This document shows positions 63,116-64,000 of a DNA stretch of 64,000 bases, one piece after another. The position numbers and the translations under genes were made by a program. The stretch comes from Podarcis bocagei. Lineage: Eukaryota. The stretch's first letter is position 1. The number at the start of each line of letters is the position of its first letter. Location of the stretch: assembly GCA_964188305.1 (NCBI GenBank), contig OZ076892.1. One strand, 5' to 3'. Below the pieces are notes generated by a model. It was given only the letters and a program-made list of their open reading frames with translations, made no database searches and had not been told where the DNA came from.

Positions 63116-64000
63116 CTAGGTTGACAGAGAAGCCCAGGTGTGGGGAAAACCAGGAAAGCAGTACCAGGGCCCCAAGGTGAAGGTCTCCCCACCACCATGG
63201 AGACAGCAAAGCACTGAAACCCAGAAGCTGCTGCCACAGGCGACAGAAGCCTCTGCAGACACCCTGCCAACCCTGCCACTGGGGGAGAAGTGGAGCGGCA
63301 TCAGCCTCAAGCGGCAAAATGGGATGCACTGCCTCTGCTGAGACTCTCTGAGGAGCCAATCTAGTTCAGCCTCCTTTGGCCAATCAGGTGCTTCTGGGAA
63401 TCCCTGAAGCAAGGCAGGAGAACAACAGAGAGCATTCCAGCACCCCTCTATGCTGCATCTGAATATGGAGGCTCCACTGAGCTGTCATGCCCTGTTTCTG
63501 ACATTCAGCCCTGAGTGCTATTGCTTATGCGGCCGAAACACCCTCACCCAAGCACAAAAGGGAAGAATCAGTAGCCCAAGGAGAAGCCAATGCATGGAAA
63601 CATGTTTAGACCAATGAAACCCCGCAGCCAGTTAACTACATGCTGGGAGTGGGGTGGGGACACACAACAGATGCTTGTGTAGGAGGGGAAATAGGGTGGA
63701 CAGTTATGGAGGAAACAGCCAATGTGGACATGGGAGGAGCTCCTCTCCACCCCGGGACATTTCAGGGCAGGCTCCCCTGGTCACGTGACCGGTAACAACC
63801 AATAGTTCTTATCCCCCATGACTTCAGTGGGCTTTGCTAGCCAGCGCCAGCCTTTGCATTCCCTTTGCTAAACATTGGGGACCTGGTTAGAATTTGCCAT
63901 GGGGACCGGAGCTGAAGGCACACACACCACTAACCCCCGGCCTGGTCCTCCCAGTCCCATTCCCAACAGACAACTGCAAGGGATGTCCCAACCCAGCTTA

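Overview
Vertebrate genomic DNA, most likely a squamate reptile (lizard-like repeats: L2, CR1 and L1 LINEs, tRNA-headed SINEs, hAT and Tc1/mariner MITEs). It covers the conserved MANEAL(+) / YRDC(-) / MTF1(-) / INPP5B(-) / SF3A3(-, last exon only) block. I reconstructed the exon structures by hand from splice signals and reading-frame phase; gene names come from my recall of the vertebrate proteins, not from a search. The main surprise is an intact 8-exon gene between SF3A3 and INPP5B (52510-55790, minus) that the ORF track does not show. It encodes a 272-aa protein with a signal peptide, two tandem 12-cysteine Ly6/uPAR/three-finger-like domains, a Thr/Pro linker and a GPI-type tail, at a position where I know of no human gene. 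Other notable points: two U12-type introns in INPP5B; an internal CpG-island promoter with an in-phase alternative first exon; no INPP5B CAAX motif; an in-frame uORF in the MTF1 leader; a 1.9-kb mariner-type MITE filled with palindromic 160-bp and 60-bp tandem arrays; nested transposons; and a young L1 insertion with a 17-bp TSD.
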